NCBI GenBank assembly: GCA_051294375.1
Contig: CM119264.1
Location: 14,167,323-14,231,322, forward strand
Direction: 5' to 3'
DNA from: Paraspadella gotoi
Lineage: Eukaryota > Animalia > Chaetognatha
DNA length: 64,000 nt
In this document: positions 38,722-53,416 of the stretch, piece after piece
Numbering within the stretch: position 1 is the stretch's first letter
How the letters are laid out: the number at the start of each line of letters is the position of its first letter
The notes under the pieces: generated by a model
Told to the model about the DNA's origin: nothing
The model's input: the letters and a program-made list of their open reading frames with translations, nothing else
The model's database searches: none
Position numbers and translations under genes: made by a program

Positions 38722-41700
38722 AAAATTGTATCATACCACTCGCCGCTCCTCAGCCCCATGCCCTTTTTTCCCCTCATCCTAAATTTCCTCCCTGCTATTT
38801 CTCTCTGTGTAATTCCTTCGTCTTTATTTTCTTTCAACTCTTCCATTTTTGAACTTGAATTTTCTCTCCCTCTCTTCCATTCAATTTCCTTTTCCTCTTT
38901 TCCGTCCGTAATTGGCTTTTTGACTCATCCCCACGCCGACTAAACTTGACGTTTTTGTTCGCGGATTTATTTCGACCTGTCAACTTTCGGGTTTTGGGTT
39001 TTCGCGACGTCATTGCCGCATTCTCAAACGAATCCAATTTTAGGCTAAGGAAATTACGTTCAATCCTCGCAGATGTTTCAGCAACTTCAAAACTTTTTTT
39101 CAGTATTATAATTATTAATTATACTAATAATTAAAAATTAAGAACTTGAATTTGCTAGTATTTTTAACAACGCTTCAATTTGGTTCAGTAGGGCCTCGCC
39201 CTTGTCCCTCGATCCCACGTTCGTTTCCCTCGTCGAGCCGGCCTCGGCTTTACCAGAAAATATGTCGAAACGTGAGACGCTCCCCAAGAGGGCTTTTGCG
39301 GCGGGTGGTGTCATAGCAACGGCGGTGGGAGCGTGGTAGGATGAGAGGGGGGGACGATGGTCTCGTGGCAACGAAAGGGGAGGGGGACCCTCTCGTCTTT
39401 GTGACAAAAGGATACACGCGATTATCATGCGCGAGTCTTCGGGTCCCCGGGAGGCGCGAGCGAGAGAAGCAAAGAGGAAAGAAAATGTGAAAAGAAAAAA
39501 AAAAAAAATCGGGAAAGAAAAAAAAAATGAAAGAAATGATCTCATATTCTCCGAGGACGCGAAAAAATTCGGGTCTTAAAAAATCGCCAAAAATAGGTCT
39601 CGCGTGGGAAATGGGATACGGGGGGGAGGGGAAGGGTGGGGGCGTAGTGTTGTTGAGTTAAGTGGGCAAAGAGAAGAGGTAAAACGAAGAAGGGGAAAGA
39701 GCGAAGAGTTGGAAAGACCTGTGGGACAGAAGGAATCGAGAAATGAGGGATTCTCCAGCAAGAAACGTCGCGTTAATACTGCAGTCGGTTCCGCTGAGAC
39801 ATAAACCGGATTTATTCCGTGACTCGGTTCCGTCTCTGACATTCCGTCGGCCTCGTCAGCAGGGACTTCCTCACCGCTAATCATCCCCTGTTATCGGATC
39901 ACGCGTCGAGTTTGCGTTCATTTGTCTCCACTGATAAAGCGGAATAAATTGCTGGAAAATAACCTTTTGTGACTCCTGAAAGTGATATAGTATGAGGGAG
40001 ATAAGATATATGAGGAAGAGGTAGAGCGGCGAGAGAGGGAGAGGGAAAGAAGGAAAGAAAACGGAGAGGATAATTACTCTTAATCGCTGTGAGACTGATG
40101 AAAATATCAGAAAAGATGACTTGGTTATGTAACTTTAAACAACAGCAGTTTGAGTCACTCTGCGAGTTTAAGACTACTGTTAGCAGTCGTCATATATACA
40201 TTTCAGGTTTTGTTCTAAAATAATATCGTTGATAAAGGGACAAATTTTATTCCACGTTTAGTTACATATATAAGTAATGACCTCGAATTTTCCGCACAGC
40301 GCCTCAAGCGTTTGGCCAATGGAAACTGATTGAGTTTGATAGTCATTCAAATGTCGCATTAGAAAGGTTGGGAGAAAAGTGGATTTTAATGAGAAGGAGA
40401 GAAAGGTCAAATGAAAGGTGGAAAGGTGAAAGGTCGAGATTCAATTATTACAATTTCGATATTAATGATTTCATAGAGGTTTGGGGGAATGGTAGGAAAA
40501 AAAAAACGTGGGGCATCGAGGTTGGTTGAAATTATAAGAAGAGAAAGTCAGACTAGTGGACAAACAAGAGAGAGGCTGGAGTGGTTAAGTCTGGGAATGA
40601 TGAAGCGCGCGCGGATTATTGGGGGGAAATATTTGCCTCGATTCCAAGAGCGTGTCTTCCTCGTGTCTGAAGGTTCGTGGATGGTGAGAGAGAGAGAGAG
40701 AGAGAAGAAGAGACGAGAGAGAGAGAGGAGAGAGGAGAGAGATGATGAGAGAGAGAGAGAGAAAAAAAATCTAGAAAAATATTGGTCTAAAAGAGCCCAG
40801 TATTAATTCTCAGTTTCTGTCATAAATTCTTGATTAGACTAGACAATCAAAACGTCGTCATCAAAGTTATTCCATCCGCGAATGGCCAATATTAATTTTA
40901 TTTTTCAAATCTCGTGGCGTTCGGCTGAGACGAGAAACAATGAACACGATTGCCGTCGGCCATCAAATGGAGTTTGGGTCGAAATCACTCATTTACTGTT
41001 TGACGGTTTGGGATAAATTTGAAAATTTTTCATATAAAACTATATAATGGGTAACATAATTTCACGCGGCATTCTTCTCATTTGTCCTCTCTTCCCGTAG
41101 TTATTAAAACTTCTCTCACATTCCTTTATGCTCTCTACCGTTTCCACAGACGCCAACTGCTCGCAACTCGCTCGACCCACCACATCCCACATCACCGCCC
41201 CTACTCGCGACATACCACCCCGCCGGCGCAATCCGCCAGGGGAGGCATAAAAATAATGAAGGTTGAGTTCGGCGACGTTGATGGATGCTCCCTATTGTTT
41301 TGGCTCGACCGTTTTACATTGTGTCCAGCGACGACGGAGTCCGTTTCAGTGCTGCCTTCCATTTTTCGTTACATTTTTATCGTTGCGGAAAAAAAAAACG
41401 ATTACCGGGTGGTCGGCGATGGAAATATGATTTACTTGATCAGGAACTAACGGAAAACTTTTCAAAAATAGAATATTATACGTAGTAGACAAGATTAACC
41501 AATTAACGATCACGAGTTTGCAAAAGAAAAAATTTAAGCTATGTTTGTTTAAGATCGAGACCTCAAATAGAAAAGGAGAAAAGCAACTTAAATGTGAGAA
41601 GCGAAGCTTAACATAAGTATTAATTAAATATTCATTTATGAAATTAAAAAGTATTTAATTACAAAAAAAGGACAGGCGCAATTTTCTATCAAGGCTCCTC

Positions 41701-43539
41701 CCTCGCATCAAAAATAGGAATGAAAACGCTGTGTTTAATAAATTGAAGACACTTTCTTCCTCTCTCCTTCTCTCGATTCTCTCTCTCTCTCTCTTCTTCT
41801 CTCTCTCTCTCTCTTCTCTTCTCATCCCTCTCTCTCTCTCCTCTTCTCTCTCTCTCTCATCTTCGCTCCTCCACCTCCTGCCTTCCCTGCCTCTTCGAAT
41901 TGAGATCATTTTGCCAATTTATGGCCATTTCCTCTGGAGAGACCGAAATTACCAGATTTTCATTTTTTCTCTTGTTGCCCCTGTCCCCCCATTAATATAC
42001 TTAAAAATAAACATGTCCGCATTTATTTGTTTCTGTTTCGGCCTCTTTTGTCCATATATATTTTCGATTTTTTATTGGTAGCCTGTCTAACTGATTATTT
42101 CCCGTGGCATCTTTTCAACTCTGATTCTGTTAATGAAAAAAAATATTATTGTCTCGATTGAAAATACAAGTTTATACGTGTAAAAAAAAACCGACAAAAA
42201 TATAGTTCTTGTTTATGTATGATATCAGCTAGCTATCTCTATACGTATAATCATTATGCCTGATCTTCTTTTTCAACCCCTCCAACCTCGATAGGACGAC
42301 CAACAACCGCATTCACCCTACCNNNNNNNNNNNNNNNNNNNNNNNNNACTAAAAATTGAAATTATGAATAATAAAAATGATTGTATAGATGATATTGATA
42401 TATTTCAAGATTTGCAGATGTTCTTTAATTGTTGTTGAATTGTTTTCCTTTTTCTTTTTTTTTTCTCGTTTTGTTAATTTAAATATTTATATTTTGTTGA
42501 ATTGTAAACTGTACAATCTATGCGTTTATCTGTAATGCTGTATGCCCTTTTGAATGTACTGTTTCAACTAATTGTTGTAAACGAATAAAACACATATATA
42601 TTGATTGATTGATTGATCGATCGTCGAATTGGTAGGTTCTAGCAACGATATTTTTATTAAACTTCAATACGTATATAATTTTCATAGTAAAAAGCAACAA
42701 CATTAATGAGGATGAAATGAAATGGAGATAAAAGAGAGTGGGATTAAAATCAGAAGAGTGGAAGACACGCGCCTGTGCGAGNNNNNNNNNNNNNNNNNNN
42801 NNNNNNNNNNNNNNNNNNNNNNNNNNNNNNNNNNNNNNNNNNNNNNNNNNNNNNNNNNNNNNNNNNNNNNNNNNNNNNNNNNNNNNNNNNNNNNNNNNNN
42901 NNNNNNNNNNNNNNNNNNNNNNNNNNNNNNNNNNNNNNNNNNNNNNNNNNNNNNNNNNNNNNNNNNNNNNNNNGAGAGAGAGAGAGAGAGAGAGAATGGC
43001 AACGGCATTTCTTGTTTGGCTCCAATTTATGTGATAATGGGGCAGAATCAAAACGTGTCGTGGAGAATATATGTATAACTTTTGGCTCTCGCTCTCTCGC
43101 TCTCTCGCTCTCTCGCTCTCTCGCTCTCTCGCTCTCTCGCTCTCTCGCTCTCTCGCTCTTTCTTTCTATCACTCTCTCTCACATCCAGTATCGTGCGCCT
43201 TTCCTATAATTTCATATATAGTCAACAAATTCAACATATCTCTCAAGGGCAAGAATTAAATTCGATCAACTGATTAAAAAGTAAATGTCAACATTAAAAA
43301 TATTTTTTCGCAATTGGAACGAAGTTTAAACACTATTCCGCTAACGTCGAACCCCATAATCTTTAATACTTTCATCAACGTTCAAATCCGCGGGACATCT
43401 CGTTATTCTAATGAGAGCAACTCTTTCGCCANNNNNNNNNNNNNNNNNNNNNNNNNAGGAATTAGGATGACAGGGAAAAAAGGAATGGAGGCTGGAGGCG
43501 GAGTGGTAATAGATACAATTTTAATGGAGAGAGAGGAGG

Positions 43540-43584
<45 letters not shown>

Positions 43585-46500
43585 ACGAGAGACGAGAGAG
43601 AGAGAGAGAGGATAAGAAACATGGAGGGTATTTAACTAAAAATAAAAACAATAAGGGAGGGGAATGTGAACCTGTGGCGAAAAGCAGTTGCTCTCATTAG
43701 AAATAACGAGATGTCGTGCGGATTTGAACGTTGATGAAAGTATTTAAAACGAATTATGGGGTTTCGACGTTAAGCGGAATAGTGTTTTAAACTCGTCGTT
43801 CCAATTGCGAAAAAATATTTTTAATGTTGACGTTTATTTTTAATCATTGATCGAATTTAACTTCTTGGCCTTTCAGCAGATATGTGAATTTGTTGACTAT
43901 ATTATTAGAGGCTGTTCCCCAGCCTCATCACTCCTGTACAAAGTTCCTCACTCCAGGGTCCGGTTTCCGCCCCATTTTGATTTTTTTGCTTCAATAACGA
44001 TTTTGAACACCCTCGTACAGAGCTAAAAATGTTTTGGTGTATTACCCAAATTGAGCGTCAAAGTCAATAGGTACACACTGACGGCAAACGAGCCAGCTGA
44101 CTTAGAGTATCTATCGTAGTTAGCAGTGGTAAAAATGTTGTTAAAAAATGACAGATTTCATCAAACTCACAAGTGTTTTCTTGTGCAGTCGCTCGTTGAT
44201 AATTATAGAATTGTTTTAAACACTAGTTCCCTGCTAGAGGAAACAATAGCTGGCTGATTATTCGCTAAAGATCCGTCATCATTAGAAATCTAAACGTAGA
44301 GAATCTCCAGGTGATTATGGGGGTATCCCCGCAGTGGCTAACGGAAGTTGAGGTTTAACGGGGGTGGCCGTCATATTGTGTTCAGTATCGAAGCCATTAA
44401 CTTGGCTGCCTGTAGCCGCAGCCTAAGCTCTCAGCAACATTTTCCAAAGCATGAATCGTTGAACATTCCAAATACTTTGTTGGTTCGCTTGCTCTTGCGT
44501 AATGCTAACAATTCCAGTCCATCAGTTTTCATTATCTGCAGTATAACAATCATTTACTTATTACTTACAAATGAGATACCGTTATGCTTTTTTTCTGGGC
44601 GGCAATCTGTTGTTTGAAGTTTGGCAATTTGTCAATAAATCTCCGCCAATTTTGAAATGATCTGCTCCTTACATAAGGATTGCAAACCAAATTCATCATC
44701 AATGTCTTAACAGTATTGATTATCATTAACCAAGTCAACTGACATTTAAAAGGCTTGTTTTTTTCCCTTCACTTTCATTACCTTCTTCATGAAAATTACT
44801 TCAATTGCTTGAGAAGTAATAGGATCCGAAAATGAGTTTTGGAGTAAATAAAGATCCTACTCGTCTGGAGTCGAGATACTTTCCTTCTAAATTATCTGAT
44901 CGCTACTTGTCAGAAACGCAGGTTTATTGATGAAACTGTAATATGGAAAATAACTGGAACCGGACGAATACAGTCTCAATGTTACACCATCTATTAAATG
45001 ATACTTTGAGCAAATTAACTATAAGCTATTATTCAAAAATTCTACATTGATGATTCACTCTCGTCTAGGTGATTATCATATTCATCAAAATAATCAAAAT
45101 GAAGATTGCATAATACTGTAATAGAAAAATCGGTGTGATACCAAAAAGGTGTAGATCAAATTTCGGTGTACGTTGATTAGGGTTTGTTGCAGTAGCTGTT
45201 ACATTGCATAAGTGCTCTAATAGCTAATTGATTTGTTTTTCTGTCCAATTACAGTACATACTCCCTGACAAATTTGCTGTTGGCGTGAAATGGTGTTTTT
45301 GGGGACAATGCTTGGTGAGAATGCTGGTCATTTCATTCACATTGGTTCTAAAGGAATTCAATTAGCCAACCAAAAGATGGTTGAAAAATATTGTAGGGTT
45401 CGAAGAAAATCTGAAATATAGTGTCTCGCACAAAAGAAAGGGTGAGCTTTTGTTGGTTTCAAAATAGAAGAGGATTAAGTTGCACCAAAGTCTGGGATAT
45501 TAATAATAATGGGAATTATAATATTGCTAGCTCTACTGTGAATAAGAATTGAGTCCAGATTGGCCGGAAACAAAGGTTGAAAGACCAGATGAATTTTTAT
45601 ATAACGGAATATTTCCTCTTCTCTGTGTAGTCCATAACAAAATCTGTATTTAGTCTCAGGTAAAGTTTTTTTCATTGAAAGGATATAAGGAATGGTCCAG
45701 AACGTTATTCCATCAGGATCTATTAACCTTTGATAAGTAAAATGAGTTTTCCGGAACGTAAGATTTGATTGAAGAAATTACTCGAATTTTTAGATTGCCT
45801 TTATGGCCTTCTCAAAGCCATAGGGGAAGAATTTTGCACAGGCACTACATAATGTCTCTTGTATAAACAATGTTTGGTATAACGAACACGTATTTCACCA
45901 TCCATAGAATACTGAAACATGCAATTAATTATAATCGTGAGCAGCCTCCATGAGTAAATTTTCCCGTAGAAGTTTTCATGGAGGTGACTGAGTGTAAATC
46001 TATGAGTTCTTCTGATATACAAGAAAATCTCAATGCATGGGAGAACAAAATTGTGTGTCCAACAAAGGTTGCTTTTCTCTTTTTCAGCAACGATTCGTGC
46101 AACGTTTATTGGGGTCAATTACTAGTAAGTATCATTATGTGAAAAAGCCTTACGACCTCTTTTTCCAGAGCAGCTTCTATTTCTGCGTTCCTCATGGGAC
46201 AGATCGCTAAGCAGTGTATCCAATTAAATGCAGTCTATTGACAATGTATCAGAATCTGGGGAAATCCCAAGAAAGTGATTGCTTGAGGAACACTGCAAAG
46301 GAGCAGTTGGTGAAATGCTAGTCACATTGGAACTTTCATGAGCAATAGGTTGCGTCAAACTTTTTTCTAATGGGCGAACCGATATTTGAACTGCCTTAAC
46401 TTGAGAACTGGATTTGACCTAAGGCATACGTGGCAGTAGCATACAGAGAAGATTCTGAACTCCCACCTAGAATTAATTCAATAAAGGCGGAATTTGACCA

Positions 46501-49500
46501 TAAGATTTGATTCAATTGAGTCTTTTTGTACGGGTTGAATAATTTAAGGAGACGTGAACCACTTACTGCCCGACTTTAAAAATGCATATCCAGAAGATTG
46601 TTATTTTCTAAAATGCTAAACATCTTAATTTTCTATTTTCTTTTGAAACATATCTTTATCTGCATCACTCGAAATACTTATTAATCTATGCTAAACCTGT
46701 CTTACAGCTTCAAAGCATTATCACAATTCAGATTCCAAAATGGCTGATTGGATCTTGCTTGCGGTCATATTCATGCCTCGGACTGTTACCACGTCATCCT
46801 GTCACTGAACGAACTCTCGTAAAATTTCCCTACTCTCATTTTTCAAAGCGGGTACTCACTCGTGAATTGTTACTATCAGCTAGAAATTAAAAAGTCCCAA
46901 GAAGCGGAGATGTCCTTCGCAAGAGGATTCAACTTGAGATCTCACATGAACTAGGATCGATGTTACAGAATCTTCAAGCATTGTCTGGAATCGTCTGAAA
47001 AACAATAACAAGTCATCATCATCGCCTCGGGCTGCGACGAAGATTCCTCTCTGTGGATCAAAAGGCAATTTGTAGTAGGATTTAATGATCGAGAAGGTTT
47101 CAGAAGGGGCAGGTGATACCATTCCGGTTAAACATTTGCTTTGTTCTTATCCACAGATGGTGGCAATCGAAACATTTTCCATTAATGAAAACCTTTATAG
47201 AAAGTGACTTTTTCATCTTTGATCGTTCGTCCTCCTCGGGGAGGATGAAGGTAAGGACAAACTGACTCGTTAGGATTATGAGGCAGAAATTGACGAACCT
47301 AGGTTTATCAGTTCGTAGGCGAAGTTATGCAAATCATCGGAATACATATGAAACAAAAACGAATAGTGTGAATGTTATTGCTGGGACGCGGAAAGACTTT
47401 TTAAAAATGAGATGTACCTAATCACCCAAAGGCAATTCCGAACTGATGCTAGCCATTACTATAATTTACTTTGATTCTTAGTTAATTCATTGGCATTATC
47501 CTTGACTATTCCTATAAAAGCATGATTATTAATTGTTTTAATGTTCTTATTCCAAAAAAAGGTTTGTTTATAAGTTGTATTAGAACTTACCTAACATGAA
47601 TTGAATGTTTTATGAAACCTCATCTTCATGCGTTTGTGATGTTGATAATCCAACTATGAGCAGGAATTTATACCACAGGCCATGAATTCCTACACAAAAC
47701 TCATAGTCATAATGGATCTTGCAGCCATTATTACCAGCATTTCTTCTTAAACCTTGGTCATCTGAAGAAATAAAATATAAATTGAAAATTCTATTCAATT
47801 ATACCGACTTTTCATTGAAGATAAGCCAGAAACTCCGGGGAGTGAATGAATGAGACTGTGGAGAGAGTCTTATTGAAGCTTGCATGGGAATCCTGCTATG
47901 TCATTATCTTGTAAGAGTTGATGGAGGCCTTAACCACCAAAGCCTTGGTACCAACAGTCAGTGGCAAGATAGTTTATTTAAATTTAAAATGGAATGGATA
48001 ATTTTTATATTGGTTGTATCCAATTCATAAAAGGTTTTTTTTTAATGTTTTTTCTCAAAGAATTTATTTTGGCTTTAGTTTTTTTGGTTTTAATATTAGT
48101 TATGATTGAATGTCATGATTGACATAACAATAAAATTGAAACCCAAGGCACAGTTAATTCCCCCCATCCGGCCGACAACTGCCTGCTTTCCCCCACTGCC
48201 GCTCTCCCGGGCCGCAAGGATGACGACAATGATGAGAAGAAAAAAACTACTTCAGTTGGATTTTGGTATATAAAAAAGGTCTTTTTTGTAAATTTCATTC
48301 GTTCATATAAGACGAACGGGAAGGTTCGCTCGTAGGCGATTCCCCCAAAACTCGGTCGTCAACGATACGATTCGATCAATTGGAATCTATCGTTTTCTTT
48401 AATTCCTCAAAAAAAACGCAGATAAATAATCAGCGTTTCCGCACGTTTTTTAAATTCCGCTCCTTTTGCAAAATGGAGGCTCGGAGTGTGTTTATACAGA
48501 TGGGAAGACGTGCGGACGAACGGCGAGGCTGAAAGGGTCGGGCCGCGGTTGTGCTGCTGCTGTCTATGCTGCGGGCGTTTATAATCGAATGCCACAACAT
48601 TGAAGAGAGTAAAAGGCGACAGCCGACAGCTCAGGGGCTAGTTTATCCTGGGCGCTGGCTTACTGCTGCTGCAGAGGAACGAAGAGAGAGAGATTGGGAG
48701 AGAGAGAGAGAGAGAAGAAGAGAGAGAGAGAGAGAGAAGAGAGATTGTGCTCAATCTTCAATGCAACTGAACAGGTTTGGGAAATAGAGGAAAACCCCGG
48801 AGAGAGACAGAACAGAAGGCTCCCTGCTATTTCTCCTTGTAATTCCTTCCTCTTTATTTTCTTTCAACTCTTCCATTTTTGAACTTGAATTTTCTCTCCC
48901 TCTCTTCCATTCAATTTCCTTTTCCTCTTTTCCGTCCGTAATTGGCTTTTGACTCATCCCCACGCCGACTAAACTTGACGTTTTGTTCGCGGATTTATTT
49001 CGACCTGTCAACTTTCGGGTTTTGGGTTTTCGCGACGTCATTGCCGGCATTCTCAAACGAATCCAATTTTAGGCTAAGGAAATTACGTTCAATCCTCGCA
49101 GATGTTCAGCAACTTCAAAACCTTTCTTTCAGTATTATAATTAATTAATTATACTATAATTAAAAATTAAGAACTTGAATTTGCTAGTATTTTTAACAAC
49201 GCTTCAATTTGGTTCAGTAGGGCCTCGCCCTTGTCCCTCGATCCCACGTTCGTTTCCCTCGTCGAGCCGGCCTCGGCTTTACCAGAAATATGTCGAAACG
49301 TGAGACGCTCCCCAGAGGGCTTTTGCGGCGGNNNNNNNNNNNNNNNNNNNNNNNNNGTGGTCGTAATAGCAACGGCCGGTGGGAGCGTCGGGTTAGGATG
49401 AGTGGGGGGGTGGCGCGATGCTCGTGGCCAACGAGAAGGGGGAGGGGGACCCTCTCGTCTGTTTGTGAACAACAAGGATTACACTGCGATTATCATGCGA

Positions 49501-50815
49501 GGTCTTCGAGTCCCGGGAGCCGCAGCGAGGAGAAAGCAAAGAGAAAAGTACAAATGTGAAAAGGAAAAAAAAAAAAACGGAGAAGAAAAAAAAATGAAAG
49601 AAATGAATTCCTCATATTCTCGAGGAGACGAAAAATTCGGGGTTTAAAAATCGCCAAGAAATAGGCTCCGGCCCGGGGATAATAGGAACGCGGGTGGGGG
49701 GGAAAGGGTGGGGGCGTAGTGTTTGTGGTAAAGGGGCAAAGAGAGAGGGTTTTAAAGCGATACGAAAGAAGGGGAAGAGCCGAAAGTTGTAAAGAATGTG
49801 GGCGAGGAAGGAATGAGAAATGAGGGATTCTCGCTAAGAACGTGGTAAGGGGCAAAGAGAAGAGGGTAAAACGAAAGAAGGGGAAAGAGCGAAAGTGTGA
49901 AAGACTGTGGGCGAGAAGGAATCGAGAAATGAGGGATTCTCGCAAGAAACGTCGCGTTCAAACTGCAGTCGGTCTCCGCTGAGACATAAACCGGATTATT
50001 CCGTGACTCGGTTCCGCTCTGACATTTCCGTCGGCGTCAGCAAGGACTTCTCACTCGCTAATCATCCCCTGTTATCGGATCACGTCGAGTTTGCGTCATT
50101 TGTCTCCACTAAAACGGAATAAATGTGGAAAAAACCTTTGTGACTCCTGAAAGTGATATAGTATGAGAGAGATAAGATATATGGAGAGTAGAGGGCGGAG
50201 AGAGGGAGAGGGAAAGAAGGAAAGAAAAAGAGAGGAAATACTCTTAATGCTGAAGACTGATGAAAATATCAGAAAATGACTTTTAATGTAACTTTAAACA
50301 ACAGCAGTTGAGTCACTCTGCGAGGTTAACACTTAGCAGTCCATATATACATTTCAGTTTTGTCTAAATAATATCGTGATAAAGGGACAAATTTATTCCA
50401 CGTTAGTTACTATATAAGTAAGACCTCGAATCCGCACAGCCTCAAGGCGTTGCCATGGAAACTGATTTGAGTTTGATATTCATCAAATCGTCGAAGAAAG
50501 GTTGGGAGGAAAAAGGGGATTTTAATGAGAAGGAGAGAAAGGTCAAGATGAAAGGTGAGAAAGGGGAAAGGTCGAGATTCATTAATTCAATTTCGATAAT
50601 TAATATTTCATGAGGTTTTGGGGGGATGGTAGGAAAAAAAAAACGTGGGCATCGAGGTTGGTGAAATTATAAGAAGAGAAAGTCAGACTAGTGAAAAGCA
50701 AGAGAGAGGGCTGGAGTGGTTAAGTCTGGGAATGATTGAAGCGCGCGGATTATGGGGGAAATATTTGCCTCGATTCCAGATCGTGTCTTCCTCGTGTCTG
50801 AAGGATGTTCGTGGC

Positions 50816-50878
<63 letters not shown>

Positions 50879-51808
50879 AGAAAAAAATCTAGAAAAATAT
50901 TGGTCTAAAAGAGCCCAGTATTAATTCTCAGTTTCTGTCATAAATCTTGATTAGACTAGACAATCAAACGTCGTCATCAAAGTTAATTCCATCCGCGAAT
51001 TGCAATATTAATTTTTTTTTCATCTCGTGGCGTTCGGCTGAGACGAGAAACAAATGAACACGATGCGTCGCCATCAAATGAGGTTTGGGTCGAAAATCAC
51101 TCATTTACTGTTGACGGTTTGGATAAATTTGAAAATTTTAATATAAAACTATATAATGGGAACATAATTTCACGCGGCATTCTCATTTGTCCTCTCTTCC
51201 CGTAGTTATTACTCTCTCACATTCCTTTCATCTCTCTAACCTTTCCACAGACGCCAACGCTCGCAACTCGCTCGACCCACACTCCACACTCCACACTCGC
51301 CCCTACTCGCGACAGACCCACCCGGCCGCGCGCAATCCGCCAGGGGAGGCATAAAAATAAATGAGTGTTGGTTCGGCGACGTTGATGGATGCTCCTTTGT
51401 TTTGGTCGACCGTTTTAATTGTGTCCAGCGACGGACGGAGTCGTTTCAGTGCTGCCTCCATTTTTCGTTACATTTTTATCGTTGCGGAAAAAAAAACGAT
51501 TACCGGGTGGTCGCGATGAAATGATTTATCGGAGAAACTTTTACATCAAAATAGAAATTATACGTAGTAGACAGATTAAAATTAAGATCACGAGTTTGAA
51601 AAAAAAATTGTATGTTTTTTAAGATCGAGACTAAATAAAGAAGGAGAAAAGAATAAATGTAGAAGCGAAGTAAATAAGTATTAATTAATATCAATTTGAA
51701 TATTAAAAAAATATTTAATTAAAAAAAAAGGAACCAATTATTCTATCAAGGCTCCTCCCTCGCATCAAATAGGAATGAAAACGCTGTTTTAATAAATTGA
51801 AACTACTT

Positions 51809-51853
<45 letters not shown>

Positions 51854-52327
51854 CTCTCTCTCCTCTGTCTCTCTCCTCTCTCACTCTCTTCTCTCACTCA
51901 TCTTCCTCTCACCCTCGCCTCCCTCCTCTCGAATTAATCATTTTGCCATTTAGCCATTCTCCCTGGAGAACGAAAACGAGTTTTCATTTTTCTCTCTGCC
52001 CCGTTCCCCCCATTAATTACTTAAAAAATAAAACATGTCCGCCATATTTTCGTTCCCTCTTTTGTCCATATATATATTTTCGATTTTTTATTGGCCGATC
52101 GAACTGAGTTAATGCTCGTCGGGCGATCATTTTCACTCGATCGAAGAAAAAAAATATTATCTCTTGAAAATTCAACGTTTTATACGTGTTAAAAAAAAAA
52201 CCACAAAAATATAGTTCTTGTTTATGTATGATATCAGCTACGTATCTCTAATACGTATAATCATTATGCCTGATCTTCTTTTTCACCCCCAACCTCGATG
52301 AGACGACCAACAACCGCATTCACCACC
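37627..52327. repeat. ~4.7 kb direct duplication with interrupted second copy; probable assembly artefact
   Basis: 37627-38570 recurs at 42348-43431. 38355-38789 recurs inverted at 43457-43902. 38788-42322 recurs at 48820-52327. Copies differ mostly by 1-2 bp indels and are joined by 25-N spacers at 42323, 43432 and 49332. Confidence 0.9.
43906..48100. mobile_element. Highly degraded Penelope-like retroelement fragments (RT and GIY-YIG remnants), both orientations
   Basis: Minus-strand peptides LYKRHYVVPVQNSSP (cf. YKQxxGxPMGSPLSP), DDDDLLLF (cf. YVDD) and EGHLRFLGL (cf. LPFLD). A GIY-YIG-like stretch at ~46380-46470 (minus). Plus-strand remnants near 47230-47450 and 47860-47890 (LIEAC, cf. 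IIESC). No intact ORF; matched by eye only. Confidence 0.5.
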
Positions 52328-52378
52328 TCAGCCGTCACGGACGCAACCGCGAGCAAATTGAAAATCTTCCCTTTTGCG

Positions 52379-52415
<37 letters not shown>

Positions 52416-52748
52416 CGACAACAACGACAGAGACTGCAAAGACGAAGACGACATTTTTCCCCTTTGAAGCCAAAATACATTTTTAATGGTATGGGGAGGA
52501 AAGGGAGGTATAAATCGACCAAGCAAGTTTCACGTACTGGATTTTTGCCCTTTAATGTGATTAGGTTTTATTTAAATATCGGATGTGGATTAAGCATCGA
52601 TATGTTTTAAGTCTTAAGGATAAGATTGAGATTAAGGTTATCGGTTTGGTTTAGTCTCATACTAGATGGAAAATTCCGAGGATAAAAGGGTAAGACACCC
52701 AACCTTGCGAGACAGAGAAGATCGTAAAGGGTTGCGAAACGTGTGCAA

Positions 52749-53416
52749 TAGAGTGGAGCACTGGGAAACATAAATTTTATTTGAGTGAACTAACAAGGAT
52801 ATTGAGACGTGAGATAGTATGATTAAGGCGTATAAAAAATATTTTGCTTATATTGTTTGGGAACAGTATTATTTATTACAATATATTTATAGTAATATCC
52901 TTACAAAATAATAACTTTTCAAAATATTTTTTTTTACATTTTTATTAAAGATTCTGATTCTTCATAAAAAGTTAGATCAAATATACAAAATATGTTATTA
53001 AAAATTTCAATATCTTCAGCATCAAAAATAGAAAAAAGGTCAAATTTTTAAAATTTTTCATGCTCTGTAATAGAAACAATTATATGAAGAAACTTTTTAG
53101 TCATTTTTGACAGCTTTAACCTAAATAATATATATAAAAATATATATATAAATAAATATATATATAAATATCATAATCATATTTTACAAAAGTTTTTCTG
53201 TTTATTTAAGCAAATCCGAAACTGTTCTAAAAATAAAAAAAAAATATGATTTTAAAATTTTATGATTTTATAAGGATGTTACTATAAAGAAAATTCAATC
53301 TATGATACTGTTATGCCAATTTTTTTTGAAAAACAGCTTAATTATTTTTTATAACATATACAAAGGAAGCAAAAAACCATAGTTCCATCGCTCAATCTTT
53401 TCATCACTCCACCCTA
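52749..53416. mobile_element. hAT-superfamily MITE (668 bp)
   Basis: TIR TAGAGTGGAG / CTCCACCCTA and a perfect 8-bp TSD GTGTGCAA (52741-52748 and 53417-53424). AT-rich non-coding interior. Confidence 0.9.

Noticed and set aside
48744-48808. Loose resemblance to a noisy PacBio SMRTbell adapter at the junction of the garbled segment
   Set aside because: Needs many insertions to align, and the flanks are not mirror images around it. Suggestive only.
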